Source: Sterolibacterium sp.
Lineage (GTDB): Bacteria; Pseudomonadota; Gammaproteobacteria; Burkholderiales; Rhodocyclaceae
Length of the DNA stretch: 64,000 nucleotides
Assembly: GCA_018062105.1 (NCBI GenBank)
Contig: JAGOSV010000001.1
Location: 18,346-82,345 of the forward strand
Reading direction: 5' to 3'
Shown piece after piece: positions 48,270 through 58,011 of this stretch. The notes beneath the pieces were generated by a model, which saw only the letters and a program-made list of their open reading frames with translations, made no database searches and was not told the DNA's origin. Each line of letters opens with the position of its first letter. Position 1 is the stretch's first letter. The translations under genes were made by a program, and so were the position numbers.

Positions 48270-50830
48270 GACAGGTTCAGTGTGCCGCGCTTGAGGCCGG
48301 CTTCTTCCGGGTGGGGGGAAAGGGTGAAGCCGAGGCGACTGACGAAGCGGATCATGCGTGCGTTGTCATTGAGGAAATCGCCATACAGGGTGTCCAGACG
48401 GGGGTCTGCGCGGGCGGTGTCGATCAGGATTTGCATCATGCGCTGTGCCAGGCCGCTGCCTTGCCAGTCGTCAAGGATGGCGATGGCGAATTCGCAGGTG
48501 TGGCCATCCGGATTGAGGGCGTAACGGGCGGCACCGATCTGGACTTCGCCGCCGCCGCCATCCGGGGGGTCGGGCAGGGTGGCGATGTAGGCCATTTCAC
48601 GGTCGTAGTCGATCTGTGTGAGGCGGGCAAGCTGGGCGGGCGGGTGTTCGCACAGGGCGTTCATGAAACGGTAGCGGCGCGATTGTGCGGAGAGATGGCG
48701 GACGAATTCCTGCTCCAGGGCAGCATCCGTAGGGCGGATGGGGCGGATGGTGATGGCCGCCTGGCTTGGGCTGCCATCGCGCCCGTGAAAGGTGGTGATG
48801 CGGTGCGCCGGATAGGGGTGGATGGCCATGTGGTCATAGGGCGCGGCAGCGGCGGGCAAGGGGGCGATGCAGATGGGCGGGAGGGGATGGATGAGCAAGG
48901 TGTCTTGCCCGGTCGATGGCAAGCTCAGCAGGAGCGTCAGCTGGTGCAAACAGGGCAGCTCGCAGGCGAGGGTGGACAGGCGTAGCAGCAGGTTACGCAG
49001 AAATGTCCGCTGGTTTTCTGGTAGTTGCGATAGCTGGCTGGCCAGGGTGGGGGCTTGTAGCAGGTCATCGGCCAGCACGGCATCCAGCGGCGGCAGGGCA
49101 ACGGCACGCCGGCGGCTTTCGTCACCCGCAGCAAGCAGGAGCAACGGGCCGAAGAGTGGATCGCGCTGCAAGGACAGGCTGTATGCGGGCGAAGGGGGCG
49201 GGCAGGGTGGGGCTTCTGGCGGTGGATGCAGCAGCAGGCCGCAGCTATCCAGCAGGTGCCGGCTGGTGACTTCATCCAGTTGTCGCTGGCCGGCGGCGAG
49301 GGCGGTATCGATGATCTGGCGGGCGGCGGCGAGCTGGTGTGGCGGGATTTCCGGTGCGCTGGCGGGGTGCGCCGCCGGAATCTGCAACAGCAGGCGCTGG
49401 TGATGGAAATAACGGCCGAGGGCGTGAAACAGCTCGACGGCGGGCTCTGGGGTACGAAAGGTCGGGATGCCAGCCGCTCGAAACAGCAGGCGTGCTTCGC
49501 TGACCTGGCTTTCGCCCATCCAGCAGGTGATGACGGGCTTGTCGCTCTGGCGTGCCTGTTCGATGATGCGGCGGGCGGTGCCGCTTGGGTCGCGTTGCGG
49601 CATTGGGGTGAGGATCAGCAGAATGCCGTCTACATGGAGATCGTTCTGCATCTGGCCGAGTGCGGCGGTGTATTGCGCTGTCGTGGCGTGATCGCCGAGA
49701 TCGAGCAGCGGGTTTTCTGTGTTGTGTGCCAGGGGCACGCCCAGCCGGTCGGCATGGTCGGCGGCCATGACACCCAGACCGCCGCTGTCGGTAATGATGG
49801 CCAGGCGCTGGCCGCGTGGCCTGAAGCGGGTGGCCAGTGCCTGCAAGGTGGCGTGCATCTGGCCGATGGAATCCAGACGCACGGCGCCGGTACGGCGTAA
49901 CGCGGCATCAAACACATCGTCGGCGATGTTATGGGTGATGTTGTCGGCAGCAAGCGGGGTGTCACTGTACTGGCGGGTGGCGCGTTCCCCGGCTTTGTGG
50001 CGTCCGGCCTTGATGAGCAGGACGGGTTTGCAGCGGGCGGCGCTGCGTAATGCGCTGACGAAGTGGCGGGCGTGCCGGGCATCCTGGCTGTTCTGGGAAT
50101 TGCCGAGGTGTTCGAGGTACAGGAAGATGCTGTGCGTTTGTGGGTCTGTTGCCAGATAGTCGAGCACTTCGCCCAGCGCGATTTCTCCAGAAACGTTGCT
50201 GCCCTCCGGGGGCAGGGTGGGCAGAGTGGGTAGCGTGATTACGCTGGAATGACCGGCATGTTGCGACTGGGCCCAGTCGAGGGCAGCAGCGCAGAGGGTG
50301 GCAGATTGGCTCACCAGAGCCGTGTGGCCGGGCAGTATCTGGCTCTGGTTCATGGCCAGGTGTATGCCCTTGACGGGGCGCATGAGCCCGGCCGAGGCCG
50401 GCCCCAGCAGGCGCATGCGGTAGTGCCGGGCGATGGCCTGCAGGCGGCTGCTCAGGGCATGGTGCCGTGCGTGATGCGTCGAGCCGGAGACAATCAGGAG
50501 GCAGCGCACGCCGCGTTTGCCACAGGCCTCGACCAGCTCGGGCAAGGTGCGCGGCGGGGTGCACAGCACCGCCAGGTCGATACGTGCGGGCAGTTCTTCG
50601 ACGCGGGCATGGCACAGCCGCTGGAACAGCTTGTGGTGGCGCGGATTGACGAGATACAGCGCGCCACGGTAATCCGTCTCCAGCATGTTGCGTGTCAGCA
50701 GCGCCCCCAGGGAGCCCTCCCGCTCGGAGGCACCGATGAGGGCGATCGATGCGGGCTCCATCAACGGCCAGAGGGCATGGCGGTATTCATGGGGCTCGTG
50801 GGAGTCATGGGGTTCGTGGGGCTCGTGCAT
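48266..50830 (-). CDS. Pat-like protein lysine acetyltransferase (acyl-CoA-ligase-like domains plus GNAT), degenerate
   Basis: SIALIGASER, RLLGP, SQS, KPVLLIKAGR, TPEPAV, HMAIHPYP, IRPIRPTD, RLTQIDYDRE, EFAIAILDDWQGSGL. Confidence 0.88.
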   Translation of the reverse strand: MHEPHEPHDSHEPHEYRHALWPLMEPASIALIGASEREGSLGALLTRNMLETDYRGALYLVNPRHHKLFQRLCHARVEELPARIDLAVLCTPPRTLPELVEACGKRGVRCLLIVSGSTHHARHHALSSRLQAIARHYRMRLLGPASAGLMRPVKGIHLAMNQSQILPGHTALVSQSATLCAAALDWAQSQHAGHSSVITLPTLPTLPPEGSNVSGEIALGEVLDYLATDPQTHSIFLYLEHLGNSQNSQDARHARHFVSALRSAARCKPVLLIKAGRHKAGERATRQYSDTPLAADNITHNIADDVFDAALRRTGAVRLDSIGQMHATLQALATRFRPRGQRLAIITDSGGLGVMAADHADRLGVPLAHNTENPLLDLGDHATTAQYTAALGQMQNDLHVDGILLILTPMPQRDPSGTARRIIEQARQSDKPVITCWMGESQVSEARLLFRAAGIPTFRTPEPAVELFHALGRYFHHQRLLLQIPAAHPASAPEIPPHQLAAARQIIDTALAAGQRQLDEVTSRHLLDSCGLLLHPPPEAPPCPPPSPAYSLSLQRDPLFGPLLLLAAGDESRRRAVALPPLDAVLADDLLQAPTLASQLSQLPENQRTFLRNLLLRLSTLACELPCLHQLTLLLSLPSTGQDTLLIHPLPPICIAPLPAAAAPYDHMAIHPYPAHRITTFHGRDGSPSQAAITIRPIRPTDAALEQEFVRHLSAQSRRYRFMNALCEHPPAQLARLTQIDYDREMAYIATLPDPPDGGGGEVQIGAARYALNPDGHTCEFAIAILDDWQGSGLAQRMMQILIDTARADPRLDTLYGDFLNDNARMIRFVSRLGFTLSPHPEEAGLKRGTLNLS

Positions 50831-51059
50831 GGTGGGCTGATCGTCCGCAGGTGGTCAGGCGTAGAAGGTGGATTTTATTCCTTGAGCCGCGATGAACGCC
50901 GGGGACATCTTGATGCTTTCTTGATACGCACGGCAGGCTGACAGAAACAGGGATTGGCTATCGTTTCGTTGGCATGTCCGAACCGCTGTGACAGGGTGCG
51001 TGAAAAATGTGCAAAATGCGCAGCATCTCCGCTTCCCCTTTCCTTTATTCTTGCCGCCT

Positions 51060-51662
51060 ATGAACTCTGCTGCCGATGCCGTTGAACTTGATATGTCCTG
51101 TACCGCCGAACCCTCTGCCTGGGTGCGGCGTTTTGCGCCTCTGATCGCCCCGGGTGGGCGGGTGCTCGATCTGGCCTGTGGCAATGGGCGGCATGCCCGT
51201 TTTTTGGCGGCGGCCGGGCATCCGGTCGAGGCGGTGGATCGCGATGCCGTGCGGCTGGCAACCCTGGCAGACGTGCCCGGCATCGAGACCCGCTGCGCTG
51301 ACCTCGAAGGTGGGCCGTGGCCGTATGCGGCGGGTCAGTTTGCCGGCATCGTCGTGACCAATTATCTCTGGCGTCCGTTGATGCCTGCGCTCATGGCGGC
51401 GCTGGGAAAGGGGGGCGTGCTGATTTACGAAACCTTCATGATCGGCAATGAACGCCTGGGCAAGCCGTCGAATCCGGCGTTCCTGTTACGCAAGGATGAG
51501 TTGCGCTTCATCGTGCGTGAGCATCTGGATATCGTTGCCTTCGAGCAGGGCGAGGTGACGCTGCCCCGGCCGATGGTGATCCAGCGGATTTGCGCCACGC
51601 GCCTGGGGGCGCTGCGCCTGCCGGAGCGTGATTCAAGCCCCGTCGGTCGCCGGGAGCTCTGA
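51060..51662 (+). CDS. Class I SAM-dependent methyltransferase
   Basis: VLDLACGNGRH, AVDRD, VVTNYLWRP, YETF, PSNPAFLL. Start uncertain. Confidence 0.88.
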   Translation: MNSAADAVELDMSCTAEPSAWVRRFAPLIAPGGRVLDLACGNGRHARFLAAAGHPVEAVDRDAVRLATLADVPGIETRCADLEGGPWPYAAGQFAGIVVTNYLWRPLMPALMAALGKGGVLIYETFMIGNERLGKPSNPAFLLRKDELRFIVREHLDIVAFEQGEVTLPRPMVIQRICATRLGALRLPERDSSPVGRREL

Positions 51663-51671
51663 TCCGTCACG

Positions 51672-52055
51672 TCAGGTTTCTTCGCCATTGGCAAAACCCC
51701 GCAACCAGGGGTCAAGGTGGGCGATGTCAAAGGTTCCGGTCTCGAACATTTCGATCATCTCGGCGTGAACCTGCATCGGAGCACGATGCAAGCGCCAGCC
51801 ATTGATGCGCAGGAACACGTCAGCAGCGGCGAAGGCGATGCGTTTGTTGCCATCCACGAAAGGGTGATTGATCGCCAGGCTTTCCAGCAGCGCGGCTGCT
51901 TCAGCCACGATGTCATCGTAGTAGCCGGTCTGCGGGCGGAACAAGGCGGCCTCTAGCGCACCCGGATCGCGCACACCCGGTGCGCCGCCGTAACGCTGCA
52001 TCAGCACGGTGTGCATGCCGAGCACATCGGCCACGGTTAAGTAATCGCGTGGCAC
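51672..52055 (-). CDS. Death-on-curing (Doc)-family Fic toxin
   Basis: GGAPGVRD.GALEAALFRPQ and Doc-type motif HPFVDGNKR; 127 aa. Confidence 0.9.
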   Translation of the reverse strand: MPRDYLTVADVLGMHTVLMQRYGGAPGVRDPGALEAALFRPQTGYYDDIVAEAAALLESLAINHPFVDGNKRIAFAAADVFLRINGWRLHRAPMQVHAEMIEMFETGTFDIAHLDPWLRGFANGEET

Positions 52056-52058
52056 GGC

Positions 52059-52289
52059 TTACTTGGCCAGTTCACGGTAGAGGTTGTCGAACTCATCCAG
52101 GCTGGACGCGAATGAGGCCATCACGTGGCGACGGGGACGTTCCGTCTGTTGCCGGTCGATGTAGTCGCGCAGGGCATCATCGAGCACCGCCTGGAACTGG
52201 CGCCCCTGGCTCTCTGCGATCTGGCGCAACGCCGCCAACACGTCGGGCGCGGCTTGGGAAGAAAATTTCTCGCGGACGGCAGCGGTCAT
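52059..52289 (-). CDS. Cognate antitoxin, probably ribbon-helix-helix
   Basis: 76 aa immediately upstream of doc: EKFSSQ, LRQIAESQGR, LDDALRDYI, C-terminal LYRELAK; GGAGAG Shine-Dalgarno. Confidence 0.8.
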   Translation of the reverse strand: MTAAVREKFSSQAAPDVLAALRQIAESQGRQFQAVLDDALRDYIDRQQTERPRRHVMASFASSLDEFDNLYRELAK

Positions 52290-52300
52290 GGCTCTCTCCA

Positions 52301-52327
52301 TCATGATTCATCTTGACTCTTCATGAT
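52301..52327. promoter_or_regulatory. Putative TA operator: TCATGA / TCTTGA / TCATGA at 10-bp spacing
   Basis: Hexamers start at 52301, 52311 and 52321, just upstream of the antitoxin RBS. Confidence 0.5.
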
Positions 52328-52362
52328 AGAACAAGGTGAGGCCCTATGCCACTGCCTGACTT

Positions 52363-52518
52363 GGCGACAATATGGATCGACCCGCCTTGAAACACCTGCT
52401 GTCCGACATCCAGTTGGGCAAGGTGGGCATCGTAGCGGTCTACAAGATCGACCGGCTGTCACGCTGACTGGCAGACCTTGCGCGGATAGTCGATGTGTTC
52501 GATCAGCATCGTGCAGAC
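52363..52518 (+). pseudogene. Fragment of a serine recombinase (resolvase) catalytic domain with an internal stop
   Basis: Hand translation GDNMDRPALKHLLSDIQLGKVGIVAVYKIDRLSR*LADLARIVDVFDQH; TGA at 52465-52467; both ends of the gene are missing. Confidence 0.85.
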
Positions 52519-52646
52519 CTTGGGCACGCCGGTCGCCCGCAATCCGTGGAACTGATGGCGAGCCGGGGCTGTCTTTACTGGTTTGCTGGCGGTGTCTGCC
52601 GGCATAATGACCGGCATTGTGTATTGTGTATTGTGAGGGCAGGGAT

Positions 52647-53978
52647 ATGTGGCAACGGCGACACTGGTCTTGGGGAATCCTGCTGGTAGCCCTGTGGGTG
52701 GCACCGGTGCAGGCGGCCAAGAAGGTCAAAAAACCGCAAACGACTTCCGTGGCGGCACAGGTGCGGCAGGATGTCGTGTTGCGTCATGCCTTGAGTGGCT
52801 CGGCCCGGGATGCGCTGGCGACTCTGGTACTGCGCTTCAATACCGAGCAGAAAGGGCGGGCGCGCATTCTTCTACAGGAAGTGCAGGGGCTGGATGAGGC
52901 CGGGCGGCGGCAGTTGCCGACCCTGGCGTTGCTGGAGCCTGATGACAGTCTGCTGTTTTTTCAGGGCCGGCCGCGCTTCAGGCCGATGTATCAGGTCATG
53001 GCGGGTAGTCATGCGAAGCTGGAGGCCCGGCAGTTCTTTCCATTGATGGCTGATGCGGTCGATGATGGTGCCGGGCGCTTGCAGGCCTTGCCGCTGGGGT
53101 TATCCTTGCCGGTACTGCTGTGGAACAAGGAACGTTTGCAGCAGGCTGGGCTGAATCCGGATGATGCACCAAAAACCTGGCTGGATGTGCAGGAACGGGC
53201 GGGTAAGCTATATGACGCTGGTAGTCACTGTCCACTGACTTCTTCCCGTTTTTCCTGGATACATCTGGAGAATGTTTCCACTCAGCACGGCGAGCCGCTG
53301 GCGGTGGCTGAAAAGGGTGGGCGGGCCCGCTTGCGCCTCAACAGCATGGTGGATATCAAACATCTGGCTTTGTTGTCGAGCTGGTACAAGGCGCACTATT
53401 TCCAGTATTTCGGTGCTGGCAACGAGGCCAACCGAAATTTCCTGTCCGGCGAGTGCGCCATGATTACCGCGGAATCCTCGCTGTATCGTGAGGCGGTGGA
53501 GGCGGGCTTGGCGGTGGGGATGTCGCAGATGCCGTTCTATGACGACCTGTATGGTGCCAACCGTGAAAAAATCTTGCCGGGTGGCCAGGGCTTGTGGGCG
53601 CTGGCCGGTCGCAGCAAGGCGGAGTACGTTGTAGCAGCCTCTTTCGTCCATTTTTTGATGCGGCCGGAAGTCCAGTCGGAGTGGCTGCATGGCACGGGCT
53701 TTTTGCCAATGACGCCGACTGCCCTGAATGCCATGAAGTCGGCAGGTGAGCCGCTGGCTCTGGTGGATCTGGCATCGCGTCGTCTGGCACAGGCCAGCCC
53801 GGCCCGGCTGCGGCCGCGTTATGGCCTGGGGCTGGATCGCATGCGCAGTATTCTGGGGGAGGAAATCGCGACCGTCTGGGCCAATGTCAAACCTGCCAAG
53901 GAAGCGCTCGATACAGCCATGCGCCGCGCCAATGCGGCAACTCTGGAAGCTGCTGGCGAGACCCCGGGGCGATTGTGA
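52647..53978 (+). CDS. ABC transporter solute-binding protein, UgpB-like (sn-glycerol-3-phosphate / sugar family)
   Basis: Signal peptide, PVLLWNK..LQQAGLNPDDAPKTW, FLSGECAM, W..GTGFLP, AKEALD; upstream of ugpQ. Confidence 0.8.
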   Translation: MWQRRHWSWGILLVALWVAPVQAAKKVKKPQTTSVAAQVRQDVVLRHALSGSARDALATLVLRFNTEQKGRARILLQEVQGLDEAGRRQLPTLALLEPDDSLLFFQGRPRFRPMYQVMAGSHAKLEARQFFPLMADAVDDGAGRLQALPLGLSLPVLLWNKERLQQAGLNPDDAPKTWLDVQERAGKLYDAGSHCPLTSSRFSWIHLENVSTQHGEPLAVAEKGGRARLRLNSMVDIKHLALLSSWYKAHYFQYFGAGNEANRNFLSGECAMITAESSLYREAVEAGLAVGMSQMPFYDDLYGANREKILPGGQGLWALAGRSKAEYVVAASFVHFLMRPEVQSEWLHGTGFLPMTPTALNAMKSAGEPLALVDLASRRLAQASPARLRPRYGLGLDRMRSILGEEIATVWANVKPAKEALDTAMRRANAATLEAAGETPGRL

Positions 53979-54027
53979 GGAACGACCTTGCAGGGAGTGA
54001 CCTGACGTTTCGATTCCTGGGGAAGAC

Positions 54028-54837
54028 ATGACTGCTGCCGGTCTTTCGCCCTGGCATTACCCACGGGTCATTGCGCACCGCTGTGGTGGGGCGCTGGCAC
54101 CGGAAAACACCCTGGCAGGGTTACACGTGGCTCGCCTCTGTAGTGTGTCTGCCGTGGAGTTTGATGTGATGCTGAGCGCAGACGGCGTGCCCTTCGTCAT
54201 TCACGATGAAACGCTGGGGCGAACAACGGATGGACAGGGGGCGGTGGCACTGACCTGTGCCGCGCAATTGCACCAACTCGATGCCGGGGTGCAGCACCAT
54301 GCTGCTTTTCGGGGAGAGCGATTGCCACTGCTGACTGAAATGCTGGCAGCCTGTCATGCCTTGGGATTGGCAGCCAATGTCGAAATCAAGCCGGCAGCGG
54401 GGCATGATGCTGCGACAGGGCGTGTGGTGGGGGAGGTAATTGCCGTGTTCCAGTCTGCCTGCCTGGCAGCGGGCAAGCGTCCCTTGTCCTTGCTGCTGTC
54501 TTCTTTCTCGGAGGAAGCCTTGGCGACCGCCTTGCCATCGATGGAGAGAAAGAGAACGGATGCGGGCGGGGTGATGGCGCGTGCCTTGCTGGTCGAGAAT
54601 GTCCCGGCGGACTGGCAGACGCGCTTACGCCGCCTCGATTGTCAGCATCTGCATTGTGCAGCGACGGCAACAGAAGTGACGTCACGGCTTGCCGCGGAGC
54701 TGCGCGCCTCCGGAGGGGCGCTGGCGTGTTACACCGTGAATGATGCGGCGCAGGCGGCACAGCTTTTTGCCATCGGGGTCAGTGCCATCTTTACGGATCG
54801 CCCGGATTGTTTCTGCCCTCCTGCTCCAATGACATGA
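54028..54837 (+). CDS. ugpQ: Glycerophosphodiester phosphodiesterase
   Basis: YPRVIAHRCGGALAPENT, VEFDV, HDETLGRT, NVEIK, SSF, YTVN, FTD. Confidence 0.92.
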   Translation: MTAAGLSPWHYPRVIAHRCGGALAPENTLAGLHVARLCSVSAVEFDVMLSADGVPFVIHDETLGRTTDGQGAVALTCAAQLHQLDAGVQHHAAFRGERLPLLTEMLAACHALGLAANVEIKPAAGHDAATGRVVGEVIAVFQSACLAAGKRPLSLLLSSFSEEALATALPSMERKRTDAGGVMARALLVENVPADWQTRLRRLDCQHLHCAATATEVTSRLAAELRASGGALACYTVNDAAQAAQLFAIGVSAIFTDRPDCFCPPAPMT

Positions 54838-54858
54838 CCCGCAAGTAGCGGGTCATGT
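54832..54858. terminator. Perfect 11-bp hairpin at the ugpQ stop, possible terminator
   Basis: ACATGACCCGC-aagta-GCGGGTCATGT; no U-tail. Confidence 0.4.
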
Positions 54859-54944
54859 GAGTGAGAAAACAAGGGCGGCAGTGTGGATGCGGGGGGGGGG
54901 GGATTACCGTACCGGCTTGCTGCGCCGCCACCCGGTCCTGTTTT

Positions 54945-55190
54945 TTACTTGGTGCTTCTTTCCTTGAAGACGCGCTGGGCGGCAGCAAGATGAGCATTCA
55001 GCTCTTCTTCCGTCATGTTCGGGAATTTTTCCTTGAGGACGTTGTAGGCATGCTGCTCGAGCGGCTGCCCCGCCCATGAATTGTCGGGGTCGAGAAAGGG
55101 TTCGACACGATCGTAAGTCTTTTCAAAAACATCGCGATTTCCCGGATTTTTACGACGCTCTTGATCCGTGGTGTTGTCATTTGCTGCCAT
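54945..55190 (-). CDS. Small hypothetical protein (81 aa)
   Basis: Strong AGGAGG Shine-Dalgarno; ERRKN...FLDPDNSW.G.PL pattern. Confidence 0.75.
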   Translation of the reverse strand: MAANDNTTDQERRKNPGNRDVFEKTYDRVEPFLDPDNSWAGQPLEQHAYNVLKEKFPNMTEEELNAHLAAAQRVFKERSTK

Positions 55191-55252
55191 GTCGCTGCCT
55201 CCTGTTGCAGTGATGATGGTTCTTTTTTATTCCACATGGTTCCATTCAGCCA

Positions 55253-55280
55253 TCGTGGTTCGTGGTTCGTGGTTCGTGGT
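55253..55280. repeat. Heptamer tandem repeat (TCGTGGT)x4
   Basis: Read directly; followed by degenerate units TTGTGAA and TCATGAG. Confidence 0.9.
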
Positions 55281-55447
55281 TTGTGAATCATGAGCCGTGA
55301 CATTCCAGTGTTACTGCCTGAAACCATCGATGGTTCGGCCAATCTAGGGCATGCCGGACATTGTGTCAATCAAGAAGCCGCAAGAAACGTGACATCCTGG
55401 GTTCATTGCTCGACGGCCAGCGCGGCGGGCTGCTAGACTCGTTTCCT

Positions 55448-55475
55448 TGAACACTGAACACTAAACACTGAACCT
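55448..55475. repeat. Heptamer tandem repeat TGAACAC TGAACAC TAAACAC TGAACCT
   Basis: Read directly upstream of parC. Confidence 0.88.
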
Positions 55476-55533
55476 GGAAACCACCTGTCCTGACAAGGCC
55501 GGTGGCGATGATGCGTGTAGAAAATCCGAGAGC

Positions 55534-57936
55534 ATGAACAAGGACACCCCCGATCTTTTTGATCTTCCCGATGAAACACCGCAACCTCCAGTGCCGGCTG
55601 CAATTGCAGCGGCACTGCCGCCGGGGCAGCCCCCGGATGCTGGCAATACGGCTGCGACGGAGATGACGTGGCCCGGTGAAACGACAGCACTGGATCTGTT
55701 TGCCGAGCGTGCCTATCTCTCTTATGCCATGTCGGTGGTCAAGGGGCGTGCCTTGCCACAGGTCGAGGATGGACAGAAGCCGGTGCAGCGCCGCATCCTC
55801 TATGCCATGCACGAAATGCGTCTGCATGCCGCAGCCAAGCATGTCAAGTCGGCACGTGTGGTGGGAGATGTGCTGGGCAAGCTGCACCCGCATGGCGATG
55901 CTTCGGTGTATGACGCCATGGTACGTATCGCCCAGGATTTCAGCCTGCGCTATCCGCTGGCCGATGGCCAGGGAAACTTTGGCTCACGCGATGGCGACGG
56001 GGCAGCGGCCATGCGCTATACCGAAATTCGCCTGACACCGATTGCCGAGCTTTTATTGGGTGAATTGGGGCAGGGGACGGTTGATTTCCGGCCGAATTAC
56101 GATGGCAGTTTCGATGAACCGGTGTTGTTGCCGGCGCGTCTGCCGTTCACTTTGCTCAATGGTGCTTCCGGGATTGCAGTAGGCATGGCGACCGAAATTC
56201 CACCGCACAACCTTAACGAAGTGGCGCAGGCGGCCATGCATCTGATCCGCAATCCGCAAGCAAGCACTGCGGAACTGTTGGGGTATATGCCAGGGCCGGA
56301 TTTTCCTGGTGGCGGACAGCTCATTTCGTCGGCTTCGGTGCTGCGCGATGCCTATGAATCCGGTCGGGGCAGCCTGCGGCTACGAGCACGCTGGCGGGTC
56401 GAGGACATGGCGCGCGGCCAGTGGCGAATTATCGTGCATGAATTGCCGCAGGGGGCTTCGGTGGCACAGGTGATGTCGGAGATCGAGTCCATCACTAATC
56501 CCCAGCCGCGTGCGGGCAAGAAAGACTTGAGCCAGGAACAGAAAAATCTGAAAGCGGCCATGCTGGCCTTGCTCGATACGGTGCGGGACGAGTCGAGTGA
56601 TGTCGAGGCGGTGCGCCTGATTCTGGAACCACGCTCTTCCCGGGTGACGGTCAAGGAGTTCATGGCCAGCTTGCTGGCCAATACTTCGCTGGAAACCACG
56701 GTGTCCTTGAATCTGACGATGATTGGCCGTGATGGCAATCCGCAGCAGAAGAACTTGCGCCAGATATTGGCCGAATGGGTGGATTTCCGTTATGTCGCGG
56801 TGGCGCGGCGTACCCGCTTCCGGCTGGATGAGGTGGAGCGACGTATTCATATCCTGCAGGGGCGGATGATTGTCTTCCTGCGTATCGAGGAGGTGATTCG
56901 CGTCATTCGCGAGTCGGACGAACCCAAGCAGAGTCTGATGGCCAGTTTCGGCCTGACAGAAATCCAGGCCGAGGATATTCTCGAAATTCGTTTGCGCCAG
57001 CTGGCGCGCCTCGAAGGCATCAAGATCGAGAAGGAGCTGGGCGAGTTGTATCTGGAACGCAGCACGCTGCAGAATCTGCTCGACAATCGCAGTGCCATGA
57101 CGCGTGCCATCATCAAGGAAATCGAGAGTGATGCGAAAAGGCATGGTGATGCACGCCGTACCTTGATCGAAGAAGATGTGGCGGCAACGGCAGCGCGTGG
57201 CGAGACGAAGCTCAATGTGCCGGACGAGCCGGTGACGGTCATCCTGTCGAAGGCTGGCTGGTTGCGTTTGCGTCAGGGACATGGGCTGGCGGTCGACAGC
57301 ATTTCCTACAAGACCGGGGACGAAAGTCTGGCGGTTTTTGAAACACGCACCACCTGGCCTTTGTTGATCCTCGATACGCAGGGGCGGGCGTACACTATCC
57401 CCGTATCTTCCATTTCCGGTGGGCGTGGGGATGGGGTGCCGTTGGCGACGCTGATCGATTTTCAGGAGGGCAGCAAACTGGCGCAGGCGGTGTCGGCCGC
57501 GCCGGAGCGTCAATACCTGTTTGCCAATAGCGGTGGTTACGGCTTCGTCGCCACCTTGTCCGATCTGGTCAGTCGCGTCAGGGCGGGCAAGGCGTTCATG
57601 AGCATGGAGGCAGATGAGCGGCCGTTGCTGCCTCTGCCTGTTCCGGCAGAAGGTGGCAGCCATTTGTGGGTAGCCAGTGGCAATGGTCGCTTGCTGGTGT
57701 TCGAGGCGAGCGAACTTCGGGTGCTGGCCAAGGGGCGCGGCTTGATGTTGCTGAGCCTTGAACCAGGCAGTCTGCTGGTGCGCTGCGGCTACAGCGATGG
57801 CCGGACATTGAGCCTGTCATGCAGCAGCCGCGGCAAGGTGGTGCCGCTGGTGCTGTCGGGTGAGGATATGGCTCGACACCTCGGGCAACGAGGGCGCAAG
57901 GGACAGCTCCTGCCGGGCAAAAAATTGCCTGTTTGA
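55534..57936 (+). CDS. parC: DNA topoisomerase IV subunit A
   Basis: [44 protein letters not shown]; no GyrA-box. Confidence 0.96.
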   Translation: MNKDTPDLFDLPDETPQPPVPAAIAAALPPGQPPDAGNTAATEMTWPGETTALDLFAERAYLSYAMSVVKGRALPQVEDGQKPVQRRILYAMHEMRLHAAAKHVKSARVVGDVLGKLHPHGDASVYDAMVRIAQDFSLRYPLADGQGNFGSRDGDGAAAMRYTEIRLTPIAELLLGELGQGTVDFRPNYDGSFDEPVLLPARLPFTLLNGASGIAVGMATEIPPHNLNEVAQAAMHLIRNPQASTAELLGYMPGPDFPGGGQLISSASVLRDAYESGRGSLRLRARWRVEDMARGQWRIIVHELPQGASVAQVMSEIESITNPQPRAGKKDLSQEQKNLKAAMLALLDTVRDESSDVEAVRLILEPRSSRVTVKEFMASLLANTSLETTVSLNLTMIGRDGNPQQKNLRQILAEWVDFRYVAVARRTRFRLDEVERRIHILQGRMIVFLRIEEVIRVIRESDEPKQSLMASFGLTEIQAEDILEIRLRQLARLEGIKIEKELGELYLERSTLQNLLDNRSAMTRAIIKEIESDAKRHGDARRTLIEEDVAATAARGETKLNVPDEPVTVILSKAGWLRLRQGHGLAVDSISYKTGDESLAVFETRTTWPLLILDTQGRAYTIPVSSISGGRGDGVPLATLIDFQEGSKLAQAVSAAPERQYLFANSGGYGFVATLSDLVSRVRAGKAFMSMEADERPLLPLPVPAEGGSHLWVASGNGRLLVFEASELRVLAKGRGLMLLSLEPGSLLVRCGYSDGRTLSLSCSSRGKVVPLVLSGEDMARHLGQRGRKGQLLPGKKLPV

Positions 57937-58011
57937 GCGAGTTTCCGACATTCTTTCTTGCGCTTTCCGCGATGTCTTCTACTCGCTTCGCTCTCCCGTT
58001 GATGCCCTCCG

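Noticed and set aside
43978-57936. gyrA and parC within about 9 kb as a duplicated gyrase or resistance locus
   Set aside because: They are the ordinary paralogs (GyrA-box present only in gyrA), and no resistance claim can be supported from sequence alone.
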